A program made the position numbers and the translations under genes. Below the pieces are notes generated by a model. It worked only from the letters and a program-made list of their open reading frames with translations, made no database searches and was not told the origin of the DNA. From an uncultured Bacilli bacterium (GTDB lineage Bacteria; Bacillota_I; Bacilli_A; RF39; UBA660), in NCBI GenBank assembly GCA_947588685.1, contig CANPYM010000003.1:5587-69586 (forward strand): a stretch of 64,000 bases of DNA, written 5' to 3'. Below are positions 11,065 to 18,856 of this stretch, one piece after another (the first letter of the stretch is position 1; each line of letters begins with the position of its first letter).

Positions 11065-11690
11065 TATTTCAAAGCCTCCTCTACTGACTTAATAGCAGCT
11101 TCGGTAGCAATTAAGGCATGAGCTGAAACAACATCCATTGTGTTAATTTCATCAGCACTTAATAATAGAACATTATTTAAGTTACGAGTTGCTAAAACGA
11201 TATTATCATCTAACTCATCGACAACAACTAAAATATTTCTATCTACCTTTAGATTTGCTAAAATATCTTTCATTTCTTTCGTTTTATTAGAAGCTAACTT
11301 TAATTCATCTAAAACGATTAACTCACTATCTAATACTTTATAAGATAGAGCTGATTTTAAAGCTAACTGTCTTTCTTTACGATTCATTTTCTTTGTATAA
11401 TTCTTTTCTGTTTGTGGTCCAAAAACAACGCCACCATGATACCAATGTGGTGCTCTAGTAGAACCTTGACGAGCATGACCGGTACCTTTTTGACGCCATG
11501 GCTTTCTACCACCGCCAGAAACTTCGGAACGATTTTTAACACTATGTGTTCCTTGACGAGCATTACTTGTTGCTAAACGAATAGCATCATATAATACTGT
11601 ATCATTTGGTTCAATATTCCAAACTTCTTTAGCTAATGTAATATCTTTAACCTTTTCACCTTTAACATTTAACACATCAATTTTACTCAT
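11064..11690 (-). CDS. rplD: 50S ribosomal protein L4
   Basis: 208 aa. Extended-loop motif GGGRKPWRQKGTGHARQGS. Confidence 0.96.
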   Translation of the reverse strand: MSKIDVLNVKGEKVKDITLAKEVWNIEPNDTVLYDAIRLATSNARQGTHSVKNRSEVSGGGRKPWRQKGTGHARQGSTRAPHWYHGGVVFGPQTEKNYTKKMNRKERQLALKSALSYKVLDSELIVLDELKLASNKTKEMKDILANLKVDRNILVVVDELDDNIVLATRNLNNVLLLSADEINTMDVVSAHALIATEAAIKSVEEALK

Positions 11691-11702
11691 ATGTTATACC
11701 TC

Positions 11703-12488
11703 CTAATTTTCTTCCTCTGGGGATTCATTATCAGTTGGTTCTGCAGGTGTTTCGGTTTCTTTTTCAGTTTCCTCTTCAACTGGAGCTTCACTAGCTTCTG
11801 TTTCAGTTAGAGCCTCTTCTTTAACACTATAATCAACTAAAGCTTCAGCTTCATTAACAGCGCCATTAGCTTTAACAGCTGATCTAATGATAACTAATCC
11901 TTGTTTTGGTCCAGGAATATTACCTTTAATCAATATTACATTATTTTCCATATCAACAGAAACAATCTCTAGATTTTGAATTGTTACTGTAAGTGTTCCC
12001 ATATGGCCAGCTAATTTCTTACCTTTGAAAACACGCATTGGTCGCATCGTTCCCATTGAACCTGGTCTTCTATGATAATGTGAACCATGTCCCATAGGAC
12101 CTCTTGATTGACCATGTCTTTTAATAACACCTTGGAACCCTTTACCTTTTGTAGTTCCTGTTACATCAACAACTTCACCAGCAGTAAAGATGTCAGCTTT
12201 GACTTCTTGACCAACTGTATATTCATTGATATCTACACCTTTAATTTCTTTAAAGCAGCGCTTAGGTGTAGTGTTTGCTTTAGCTGTGTGACCAGCTATT
12301 GCTTTCGTCGCTAACTTTTCTCTTTTAGTATCGAATCCTAATTGAATTGCTTCATAACCATCGTTTTCTTTAGTCTTAATTTGCGTTACTACATTTGGTT
12401 CAACATAAACGGCAGTTACAGGAATTAATTTTCCAGATTCTGTAAATACTTGAGTCATTCCAATTTTACGACCTAAGATTCCTTTCAT
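11703..12488 (-). CDS. rplC: 50S ribosomal protein L3 with a ~45-aa acidic C-terminal extension
   Basis: The core starts at [13 protein letters not shown]. The ATG at 12488 has better spacing to GGAGG than the track start at 12494. Ends in a Glu/Thr/Pro-rich tail. Confidence 0.94.
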   Translation of the reverse strand: MKGILGRKIGMTQVFTESGKLIPVTAVYVEPNVVTQIKTKENDGYEAIQLGFDTKREKLATKAIAGHTAKANTTPKRCFKEIKGVDINEYTVGQEVKADIFTAGEVVDVTGTTKGKGFQGVIKRHGQSRGPMGHGSHYHRRPGSMGTMRPMRVFKGKKLAGHMGTLTVTIQNLEIVSVDMENNVILIKGNIPGPKQGLVIIRSAVKANGAVNEAEALVDYSVKEEALTETEASEAPVEEETEKETETPAEPTDNESPEEEN

Positions 12489-12506
12489 ATACATTTCCTC
12501 CTATAA

Positions 12507-12815
12507 TTATTTCACAATTTTGATATCAACACCACTTGGAACTTCTAAATGAGCTAATGCTTCAATAGTCTCCTTTGATGGATTGATGACATCGATAAGT
12601 CTTTTGTGTGTTCTTTTTTCAAATTGCTCACGTGAATCTTTATATTTGTGAACAGCTCTTAAAATAGTGATTTTTTCAACTTCCGTTGGTAGTGGAATTG
12701 GGCCACTTACTTCGCCACCATTTCTTTTGACTGTCTCAACAATTTTCGCACAAGCAGTATCTAAACTTTTATGTTCAAATGCTTTTAATTTGATACGAAC
12801 TTTTACTTTTGACAT
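12507..12815 (-). CDS. rpsJ: 30S ribosomal protein S10
   Basis: 102 aa, S10-like ([26 protein letters not shown]). First gene of the cluster. Confidence 0.97.
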   Translation of the reverse strand: MSKVKVRIKLKAFEHKSLDTACAKIVETVKRNGGEVSGPIPLPTEVEKITILRAVHKYKDSREQFEKRTHKRLIDVINPSKETIEALAHLEVPSGVDIKIVK

Positions 12816-12946
12816 AATGTCCTCCCTTCGCCTATATCTCGTATAGACTTGCTCCGTGTAAAAACCTGATATCGGTCAGTGTTTATATAACAACTTAACC
12901 GGGCGTATCAGCAACCTCACACATCAATGCACGCCACACATAATCC

Positions 12947-12975
12947 ATTTTACTAAAAAAGTGCTGAAAAATCAA
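12947..12975 (-). promoter_or_regulatory. Candidate sigma-A promoter of the S10 superoperon (TTGATT-N17-TAAAAT)
   Basis: On the minus strand, TTGATT (12975..12970), a 17-nt spacer, then TAAAAT (12952..12947). It overlaps the terminator of the upstream HNH gene. A second, weaker candidate is TTGCTG at 12914..12909 with TGtTATATA around 12892..12884. Confidence 0.4.
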
Positions 12976-12983
12976 CACTTTTT
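12955..12983 (-). terminator. Rho-independent terminator after the HNH gene
   Basis: Minus-strand hairpin AGTGTTG / CAGCACT (one G-U pair) followed by a T6 run, immediately downstream of the stop at 13011. Confidence 0.6.
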
Positions 12984-13010
12984 GAAAATTTATTTTATTT
13001 TTTACTTTTT

Positions 13011-13562
13011 TTATAAATAGTTATCGCTAGACACTTGATTTATATCTCGCCATACCCTCTTTTTTATTTTTTGTTTTTGCTTTCGTCTTGCTTTTTTCGT
13101 TTTATGAATCACGGGATCTATCCCTTCTTGCATAACAAGACGAAGACTAGTAGGACTTAAGGTTAAACGCCTAGGCATAACTTCTTTTATTGCTTCCATA
13201 TTAAGATGCATATGTTTAATCTTCTTTGCTAATTCACTCTTATGTTCTTGTTCATATTCTAGCAAAGTTTTTTGAATAAGTTCTAATGCACTTGGCGTTG
13301 CGGCCGCACCACTATCATTAATAACTTGAAATAAATAGTTGATGGTATTATACGCATCGATATCAATTCTTTCAATTTCATGTAAATACTGATGAGCGAG
13401 TTTAGTTAAGGGCGCTAAATTGGATATAACCCTTCTTCCACCATGTTCATCTTTCTTAATATGGTGATTCGTTAGTGGGTTTTCATTCGTTATTTTAAAT
13501 GATAACCAATCATAATCAGTTATACCATAGATTTTGATTGATGTAGCGATTAACTCATTCAT
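13011..13562 (-). CDS. HNH-motif nuclease-like protein with a basic C-terminal tail
   Basis: 183 aa. The segment TNHHIKKDEHGGRRVISNLAPLTKLAHQYLHE fits the HH...N...H HNH pattern but lacks the zinc cysteines. Lys/Arg-rich tail KTKKARRKQKQKIKKR. Confidence 0.55.
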   Translation of the reverse strand: MNELIATSIKIYGITDYDWLSFKITNENPLTNHHIKKDEHGGRRVISNLAPLTKLAHQYLHEIERIDIDAYNTINYLFQVINDSGAAATPSALELIQKTLLEYEQEHKSELAKKIKHMHLNMEAIKEVMPRRLTLSPTSLRLVMQEGIDPVIHKTKKARRKQKQKIKKRVWRDINQVSSDNYL

Positions 13563-13628
13563 CGTACCACCTATTATAACTATATCACATTCCCTACTTT
13601 TTATATAGTATTTATCATATATTTTAGT

Positions 13629-13907
13629 ATGAAAAATCTTCTTTCAACCATTAGCCCACCGGCATTTTCTTTAAGTGCGATTGCGATTGGTTATGTTTTA
13701 AGTAATGATCTTGACCCTTCTGAACAAAATACGGTTGGGAACTGGTTTATGCTCATCGGACAAGTACTTTGTACTAATGCAGCCCAACAACAAGTTATAA
13801 ATAATAGCAATAATAATCAAAATGGTGAGCATATCGTCAATGATTTTGATATGAATACACTTAAAAGATCAATTAGGCAGATGAACGATGAAATTAATAA
13901 GTTTTAA
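13629..13907 (+). CDS. Small hypothetical protein (92 aa, hydrophobic N-terminal half, Asn/Gln-rich middle)
   Basis: ORF followed by a bidirectional terminator. I recognise no family with confidence. Confidence 0.45.
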   Translation: MKNLLSTISPPAFSLSAIAIGYVLSNDLDPSEQNTVGNWFMLIGQVLCTNAAQQQVINNSNNNQNGEHIVNDFDMNTLKRSIRQMNDEINKF

Positions 13908-13934
13908 AAAAGAACCTTTAAGGTTCCTTTTATT
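13905..13934. terminator. Bidirectional terminator between convergent genes
   Basis: Hairpin GAACCT-tta-AGGTTC flanked by an A6 run on one side and a T-rich run on the other. Confidence 0.6.
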
Positions 13935-14925
13935 TTGTTTTGCCACCACTTTTTTCGTCACTACTACCAAACAACGCGAAGAAATCTTCATCAGCCTTTA
14001 ATGCCTCACCGACAAACTCTAAAGCATCAGGATTTTGTTTAATAGCAACTAAAGCTACTTCTTTATCATTTCGTAATCTTTCACTGGCGTATTGAAGCGC
14101 TAAACCATTTTGATGAACAGCTATTAAAACAACTTCCTTATCATCTTGATACTCTTTAAAGACAAGAGCTAAGGCAAGAGGATTACTACTTAACGTTCGC
14201 ATAATCATTTTTCTATATGGTTGATCTTCTTTAGGCGTTTCAGGGCTTTTTTCTTTAGAAGTTACTGGTGGCATTACCTCTTCTCTTTGAACAGGAGGCA
14301 CACTTACTTCATCAGTTTTACCTTCTTTTTGTTTTACCAACGCTTCATACTCAGCCATAAAATGGCTATTGTTTTTTAATCTATCGCCAACATAATCAAT
14401 AGCGTCAACATTACCTCTAATAGCCGCTAAGGCAACATCAAAATCATTTTGTAGACGAGGGCTTACATATTCAAGCGCTAAACCATATTCCTGAACAGCT
14501 ATCATCGCCATTTCTTTATCGTCTCTTAACTTAGGACTCGCATATGCTAAAGCATAACCATTTTGTCTAATAGCGACTAAAGCTACCTCTTTATCATTTT
14601 GTAATCTTTCACTTGCATAAAAGAAGTTGATAGCCATTTTATCTTGTCTAATAGCCATTAAAACGACTTCTTTATCATCTTGTAATCTAGGACTTGCATA
14701 CGCTAAAGCACCCCCAAATGATTGGACAGCAGCCATAACGATATCGCGGTTATTATGGATTCTAGGGCTTGCAAAAGCTAAAGCCCGTCCATTATTTTTA
14801 ACGGCAGCCATAACAACTTCGTCATCATCTCTTAATCTTAAACTGGCATGCTTTAAATAAAGGCCATTTTTACTAACAACATTTAAAATAACTTTCTTAT
14901 TATCAGACATATCTGCTTTTTCCAT
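13930..14925 (-). CDS. DUF4116 repeat protein (8 repeats)
   Basis: Eight ~30-aa units of the form (V/A)xxA(V/I)xxNGxAL(x)YASxRLxxDKEV. The start is moved to ATG 14925 (MEKADMSD), which has AGGAGTG upstream; the track start is 14976. Confidence 0.8.
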   Translation of the reverse strand: MEKADMSDNKKVILNVVSKNGLYLKHASLRLRDDDEVVMAAVKNNGRALAFASPRIHNNRDIVMAAVQSFGGALAYASPRLQDDKEVVLMAIRQDKMAINFFYASERLQNDKEVALVAIRQNGYALAYASPKLRDDKEMAMIAVQEYGLALEYVSPRLQNDFDVALAAIRGNVDAIDYVGDRLKNNSHFMAEYEALVKQKEGKTDEVSVPPVQREEVMPPVTSKEKSPETPKEDQPYRKMIMRTLSSNPLALALVFKEYQDDKEVVLIAVHQNGLALQYASERLRNDKEVALVAIKQNPDALEFVGEALKADEDFFALFGSSDEKSGGKTK

Positions 14926-14991
14926 GCTATCACTCCTACTATTAACAATTATAAGGTAAGAACCTCTTTTAGTCAATGTCTATAAGTACTT

Positions 14992-15019
14992 TTGCTTAAA
15001 CGTTTTTATATGGTATAAT
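14992..15019 (+). promoter_or_regulatory. Sigma-A promoter of gpsA (TTGCTT-N16-TGgTATAAT)
   Basis: TTGCTT at 14992..14997 and an extended -10 TGGTATAAT ending at 15019, 15 nt before the gpsA ATG region. Confidence 0.6.
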
Positions 15020-15034
15020 GATACTGGTGATTAT

Positions 15035-16006
15035 ATGAAAGTATCTGTATTAGGAACAGGTGCCTTTGGTTTAGCTTTAGCTTCCATTTTAAATGAAAAT
15101 GGCCATAGTGTTAAAATGTGGACCAAATTTGAAGAAGAAGCTAACTATTTAAATCAAACCCATACTAGTCCTAATTTAAAAAATTTTATTATTGATTCAA
15201 ATATTAAAATATCCACCAATTTTAAACAAACAGTCCGGGGAACTGAGTTAATTATCATTGCTGTTCCGGCTGGCTTTGTTGATGATATATCAAGACTATT
15301 AAAAAAAGAAATAAAAGAAAATCAACATGTTTGTATCGCCTCTAAAGGTATTGAGCAAAGTACTTGTCTTTTCGTCTATGATGTTTTTAAAAAATATATA
15401 ACTAGTGATCAAGTAGGTGTTATATCTGGTCCAAGTTTTGCCGTCGATGTTATCAAAAAAGTACCAATCGGTCTTTCTTTAGCTAGTAGTAATGAAACGA
15501 CAATTCGTATCATTAAAGAAGCTTTGCAAAATAAACACGTTAAATTGCGTGAGACCGATGATATTTTAGGCGTTGAAATATGTGGCAGCATTAAAAATGT
15601 TATCGCTATTGCGTCTGGTATGTTAGATGGAATGGGTTTACCAATATCGACCCAAGCTATGTTAATTACCGAATCTTTGAATGATATCAAAGAACTAATT
15701 AATACTTTAGGTGGCAATAAAATGACGATTCTATCATTTGCAGGTTTCGGCGATTTGCTTTTAACTTGTACAAGTACTAAAAGTAGAAACTTTTCGTTTG
15801 GACGCTTAATTGGTCAGAAGAAATCACAAGAAGAAATTAATAATTATATTGAAACAACAACTATTGAAGGTTTGTATACTCTAAAGTCGATATATAAACT
15901 ATTACAAGATAAGAAAGTTAAAATGCCAATTATTGATTTAATTAATGATATCGTATATAATAACAAACCAGTAACTGATTTACTAGAATTTTTGGTGGTG
16001 AAATAA
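15035..16006 (+). CDS. gpsA: NAD(P)H-dependent glycerol-3-phosphate dehydrogenase
   Basis: 323 aa. N-terminal Rossmann motif VLGTGAFGLALA plus GpsA-like GPSFA and KNVIAIASG segments. Confidence 0.93.
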   Translation: MKVSVLGTGAFGLALASILNENGHSVKMWTKFEEEANYLNQTHTSPNLKNFIIDSNIKISTNFKQTVRGTELIIIAVPAGFVDDISRLLKKEIKENQHVCIASKGIEQSTCLFVYDVFKKYITSDQVGVISGPSFAVDVIKKVPIGLSLASSNETTIRIIKEALQNKHVKLRETDDILGVEICGSIKNVIAIASGMLDGMGLPISTQAMLITESLNDIKELINTLGGNKMTILSFAGFGDLLLTCTSTKSRNFSFGRLIGQKKSQEEINNYIETTTIEGLYTLKSIYKLLQDKKVKMPIIDLINDIVYNNKPVTDLLEFLVVK

Positions 16007-17100
16007 TGGCGGAAGGAAGATATAATAGTTATGTTATTATGGGTAAAGGCGGCGAAATGCCAATTGTTATTGATTGGACCAAAGTAAAAGCTTTTGCGAG
16101 TCTTAAGAAAAAAAAGTATCGTTTAGAAGGCATTGATTTTTTTACAACGCATTATGCAAATAGAGAAAGTCTTATTGCTGAACTTATTAATGCTGAGGCT
16201 CTCTCACCAGCTGCTGCTAGAGGTATTAAACTTCAAATATACCAGGTCAAGCAAGATAAAAAAAGTCCTGATGGCGTAGCCTTTAAACCAAATGGTAGCT
16301 TACAATTTGGACTTGCTTATAAAGCTTATTTGCCATTACTTAAGTATGATAATGTCGTTATTAGAACTCTTCAGGAGCATCTAGATGATTACACTTTCAT
16401 CAATGCTTTAGTTACTAAATATAAAAAAGAAGGTCCGTATAATGATTTTATCTTTGATGCCTTAGAAAATAAAATTCACAAAATAGAAAATAGCCTACAC
16501 TACAATTTTGAAGGGGTTGAAAAACAGAGAAACGTCCTTCGTTCATACTACTATCGTTATAATCAAATGCGGGTCGTAAGAGGTCTACTTGATAGTATGC
16601 TAGCTTATGCTAGTCATAAAACCCATAGTGATGGTGAGGTAAGAAGTGCTTACAACAATGCAAGAGAATTTTTCTTAAGAATTAAATATCAAGTTACATT
16701 TGCCGAAGATGATATTGACGATGCGACCAAACTATCTTTTAAAACAAATAAAGATGGTTCAAGAGCTGTTAAGTATTTAGAGTTTCATAATTTTATTATG
16801 TGGCTCGGTAGTCAACTTGATTTAGAATTGGGTGAATATGCCCAAATAAATGATCAGATTGTCTACCCATTAGCTAGTAAAAAGAAAAAAATAAAAAAAC
16901 GTGAAAAGAGAAAAGAAGTTGATGGTCAAACATCATTGTTTGATAATCCTCCTTATGAAAACGAGGAACCCTTAACAGGCGATATCGATGAACAGATGTC
17001 GCTATTCCCTAGTCACCATGAATCATTTAGCGATATGGCTATTGATGATAATGATGAATTAGATCATCAGGGAAAACAACATATTAAAACAAAAAAATAA
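16006..17100 (+). CDS. Hypothetical protein with a basic patch and an acidic tail carrying two QxSLF motifs
   Basis: 364 aa. Its ATG overlaps the gpsA stop (TAATG). The body matches no family I recognise. The tail reads KKKKIKKREKRKEVDGQTSLFDNPP...DEQMSLFPSHH. Confidence 0.6.
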   Translation: MAEGRYNSYVIMGKGGEMPIVIDWTKVKAFASLKKKKYRLEGIDFFTTHYANRESLIAELINAEALSPAAARGIKLQIYQVKQDKKSPDGVAFKPNGSLQFGLAYKAYLPLLKYDNVVIRTLQEHLDDYTFINALVTKYKKEGPYNDFIFDALENKIHKIENSLHYNFEGVEKQRNVLRSYYYRYNQMRVVRGLLDSMLAYASHKTHSDGEVRSAYNNAREFFLRIKYQVTFAEDDIDDATKLSFKTNKDGSRAVKYLEFHNFIMWLGSQLDLELGEYAQINDQIVYPLASKKKKIKKREKRKEVDGQTSLFDNPPYENEEPLTGDIDEQMSLFPSHHESFSDMAIDDNDELDHQGKQHIKTKK

Positions 17101-17128
17101 GACTTAATTTTCTAAGTCTTATTTTTTA
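17098..17128. terminator. Bidirectional terminator (9-bp stem)
   Basis: TAAGACTTA-attttc-TAAGTCTTA, flanked by A7 upstream and T6 downstream. Lies between convergent ORF 16006 and rpsR. Confidence 0.8.
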
Positions 17129-17347
17129 TTATTTAACAAATGGAATTAATGCCATAAAACGTGCATACTTAACTTGCGTTGCAATATGACGTTGATGTTT
17201 AGCGCAAGCACCTGTAATTCTTCTTGGTAAAATTTTACCTTTATCAGCACTTACATATTTCTTTATAACTTCAACGTTTTTATAGTCAACGTCTTTACCA
17301 GCACACATTTGGCATATTTTTTTCTTTTTACGATAGAACTCTGCCAT
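17129..17347 (-). CDS. rpsR: 30S ribosomal protein S18
   Basis: 72 aa, S18-like (ILPRRITGACAKHQRHIATQVKYARFMALIPF). Confidence 0.96.
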   Translation of the reverse strand: MAEFYRKKKKICQMCAGKDVDYKNVEVIKKYVSADKGKILPRRITGACAKHQRHIATQVKYARFMALIPFVK

Positions 17348-17362
17348 TTTTAATCCTCCTTA

Positions 17363-17821
17363 TTAGTCTAGGAAATTATCATCAATGGAAACAGAATCAC
17401 CATATTCAGCAAATGGATCATTTTCAACATTGACGCTATCTTGATAATCATATGGGCTTGGCTCATCATAATTTATATCCTCACCCGCTGACTTTTCACG
17501 GCTACTCTTACTTTCAACAAACTCAAAGTTGTCTAAAGCAACATCGGTCGTATAGCGTTTATTTCCATCTTTATCATCATAACTTCCTGTTTGAAGTCTA
17601 CCTTCAATAGCAATTAAATTACCTTTATCAAAGTATTTTGCTATGGTCTCAGCTTGCTTTCTCCAAGCTACAACATTAATGAAATCAGCTTCTCTTTTAC
17701 CATCAGCACTCGTAAAATTACGATTGACAGCAACAGTAAAACGTAAGAAAGCTGTATTAGAACTTGTATAACGTAATTCAGGTTTAGCTGTTAATCTTCC
17801 TAATAAAATTACTCTATTCAT
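17363..17821 (-). CDS. ssb: Single-stranded DNA-binding protein
   Basis: 152 aa. OB-fold N-terminus MNRVILLGRLTAKPELRYT and an acidic tail ending DDNFLD. Sits between rpsF and rpsR. Confidence 0.95.
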   Translation of the reverse strand: MNRVILLGRLTAKPELRYTSSNTAFLRFTVAVNRNFTSADGKREADFINVVAWRKQAETIAKYFDKGNLIAIEGRLQTGSYDDKDGNKRYTTDVALDNFEFVESKSSREKSAGEDINYDEPSPYDYQDSVNVENDPFAEYGDSVSIDDNFLD

Positions 17822-17833
17822 ACTTCACCTCTA

Positions 17834-18136
17834 TTAGTCTTCTTTTCTAATAATTAAATGTCTAACAATATCTGATGAAATACCTGCTAAACGATCAAAC
17901 TCTTTAACGCCTGCATCATCAGCAGATTCAATTTGATATACAAAATAGTATCCTGATTTATAAACTTCAGAACCCTTCTTGATATCATAAGCTAATGCTT
18001 TTTGTCCCCAAGCATCAACAGAAGTAACCTTAGCGCCTTTATCTTCCAAAGTTGCTTTAAAAGAATCAGCTACTTTTTGGATATCTTCCTCACTTAATGT
18101 TGGTCGAACAATGAACATAATTTCATAGTTACGCAT
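17834..18136 (-). CDS. rpsF: 30S ribosomal protein S6
   Basis: 100 aa. MRNYEIMFIVRP N-terminus. Confidence 0.96.
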   Translation of the reverse strand: MRNYEIMFIVRPTLSEEDIQKVADSFKATLEDKGAKVTSVDAWGQKALAYDIKKGSEVYKSGYYFVYQIESADDAGVKEFDRLAGISSDIVRHLIIRKED

Positions 18137-18195
18137 TTTCTACACCTCCTTATGGTCTTTGGCTTCATTGAAGCAAGGAGTAATTAAATTACTCG
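18137..18195 (-). promoter_or_regulatory. Candidate structured 5' leader of rpsF-ssb-rpsR (possible S6:S18 autoregulatory element)
   Basis: The minus-strand leader has hairpins GAGTAAT-tta-ATTACTC and GCTTC-aat-GAAGC. A CTCCTT segment could pair with the AAGGAG Shine-Dalgarno. Confidence 0.3.
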
Positions 18196-18201
18196 CTTAA
18201 G

Positions 18202-18230
18202 ATTATAACAAATAAAAGGCGATTTGTAAA
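18202..18230 (-). promoter_or_regulatory. Sigma-A promoter of rpsF operon (TTTACA-N17-TATAAT)
   Basis: On the minus strand, TTTACA (18230..18225), a 17-nt spacer ending in TGt, then TATAAT (18207..18202). Confidence 0.6.
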
Positions 18231-18238
18231 TAAATATC

Positions 18239-18267
18239 TTTACTTTTATAGTTAATTTTATTATAAT
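18239..18267 (+). promoter_or_regulatory. Sigma-A promoter of ORF 18288 (TTTACT-N17-TATAAT)
   Basis: TTTACT at 18239..18244 and TATAAT at 18262..18267. Divergent from the rpsF promoter. Confidence 0.5.
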
Positions 18268-18287
18268 ACGCTTCACAGGTGATGTAT

Positions 18288-18818
18288 ATGGCAGTTGCGC
18301 CACAAATATTCGTAAGAAATGATCCATTATATGATTTTAAAAAGGGATTAAATAAGGCTCATCCTAAATGTCAGCTTTTTATCCATAATGATGTTAATGG
18401 GCCATTAAAAATTTCCAGTGGACGCCTTTACCGTCAAGAAGTTAAAGAAAAATTTTTGACTGATGGAACCATTTCTTTAGAACGCTATAGCCGGGAGCCA
18501 GCTTTTATTGTATGGCGTGAGGCCGTTTTAACATTAGATGATCATATTTCTTTTGATTTCAATTTAGAAGATGCTAGTTTTTTTATCTATGACTTATCAT
18601 ATGGCTATGAAAGACGATTTGAGATTCATACAAGTTTAGAAAGTACAGCTATCTATGAAAAGATTATTACTTATCTTTTAGAAAGAGAAAAACTAGAAGG
18701 AACCTTAAATAGTATTCGTTTTAGTAGTCTAAGAACCTTAGAACAAGTAATTCAAAAGCAACATCAAAAAATTGTTATGGATACTAAAACAGGAAAAGAA
18801 AAAGTATATAAAATATAA
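18288..18818 (+). CDS. Hypothetical protein
   Basis: The track ORF starts at a GTG (18279). The ATG at 18288 (MAVAPQIF) lies 5 nt after AGGTGA. No recognisable motif. Confidence 0.5.
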   Translation: MAVAPQIFVRNDPLYDFKKGLNKAHPKCQLFIHNDVNGPLKISSGRLYRQEVKEKFLTDGTISLERYSREPAFIVWREAVLTLDDHISFDFNLEDASFFIYDLSYGYERRFEIHTSLESTAIYEKIITYLLEREKLEGTLNSIRFSSLRTLEQVIQKQHQKIVMDTKTGKEKVYKI

Positions 18819-18851
18819 GCGACAATTGTTAATGATTGTCGCTTTTGTTTT
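18817..18851. terminator. Bidirectional terminator (10-bp stem)
   Basis: AAGCGACAAT-tgttaatg-ATTGTCGCTT followed by a T-rich run. Shared by ORF 18288 (+) and the cassette (-). Confidence 0.75.
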
Positions 18852-18856
18852 AACTT

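Noticed and set aside
12816-13010. Checked the largest intergenic gaps (12816..13010, 18137..18278, 40521..40650, 47259..47393, 55011..55156, 61161..61358) for tRNA, SRP RNA, tmRNA, riboswitch or T-box elements.
   Set aside because: None has a cloverleaf-compatible arm arrangement, a GTTCGAATC-like T-loop or a known riboswitch core. They are explained by promoters, leaders and terminators.
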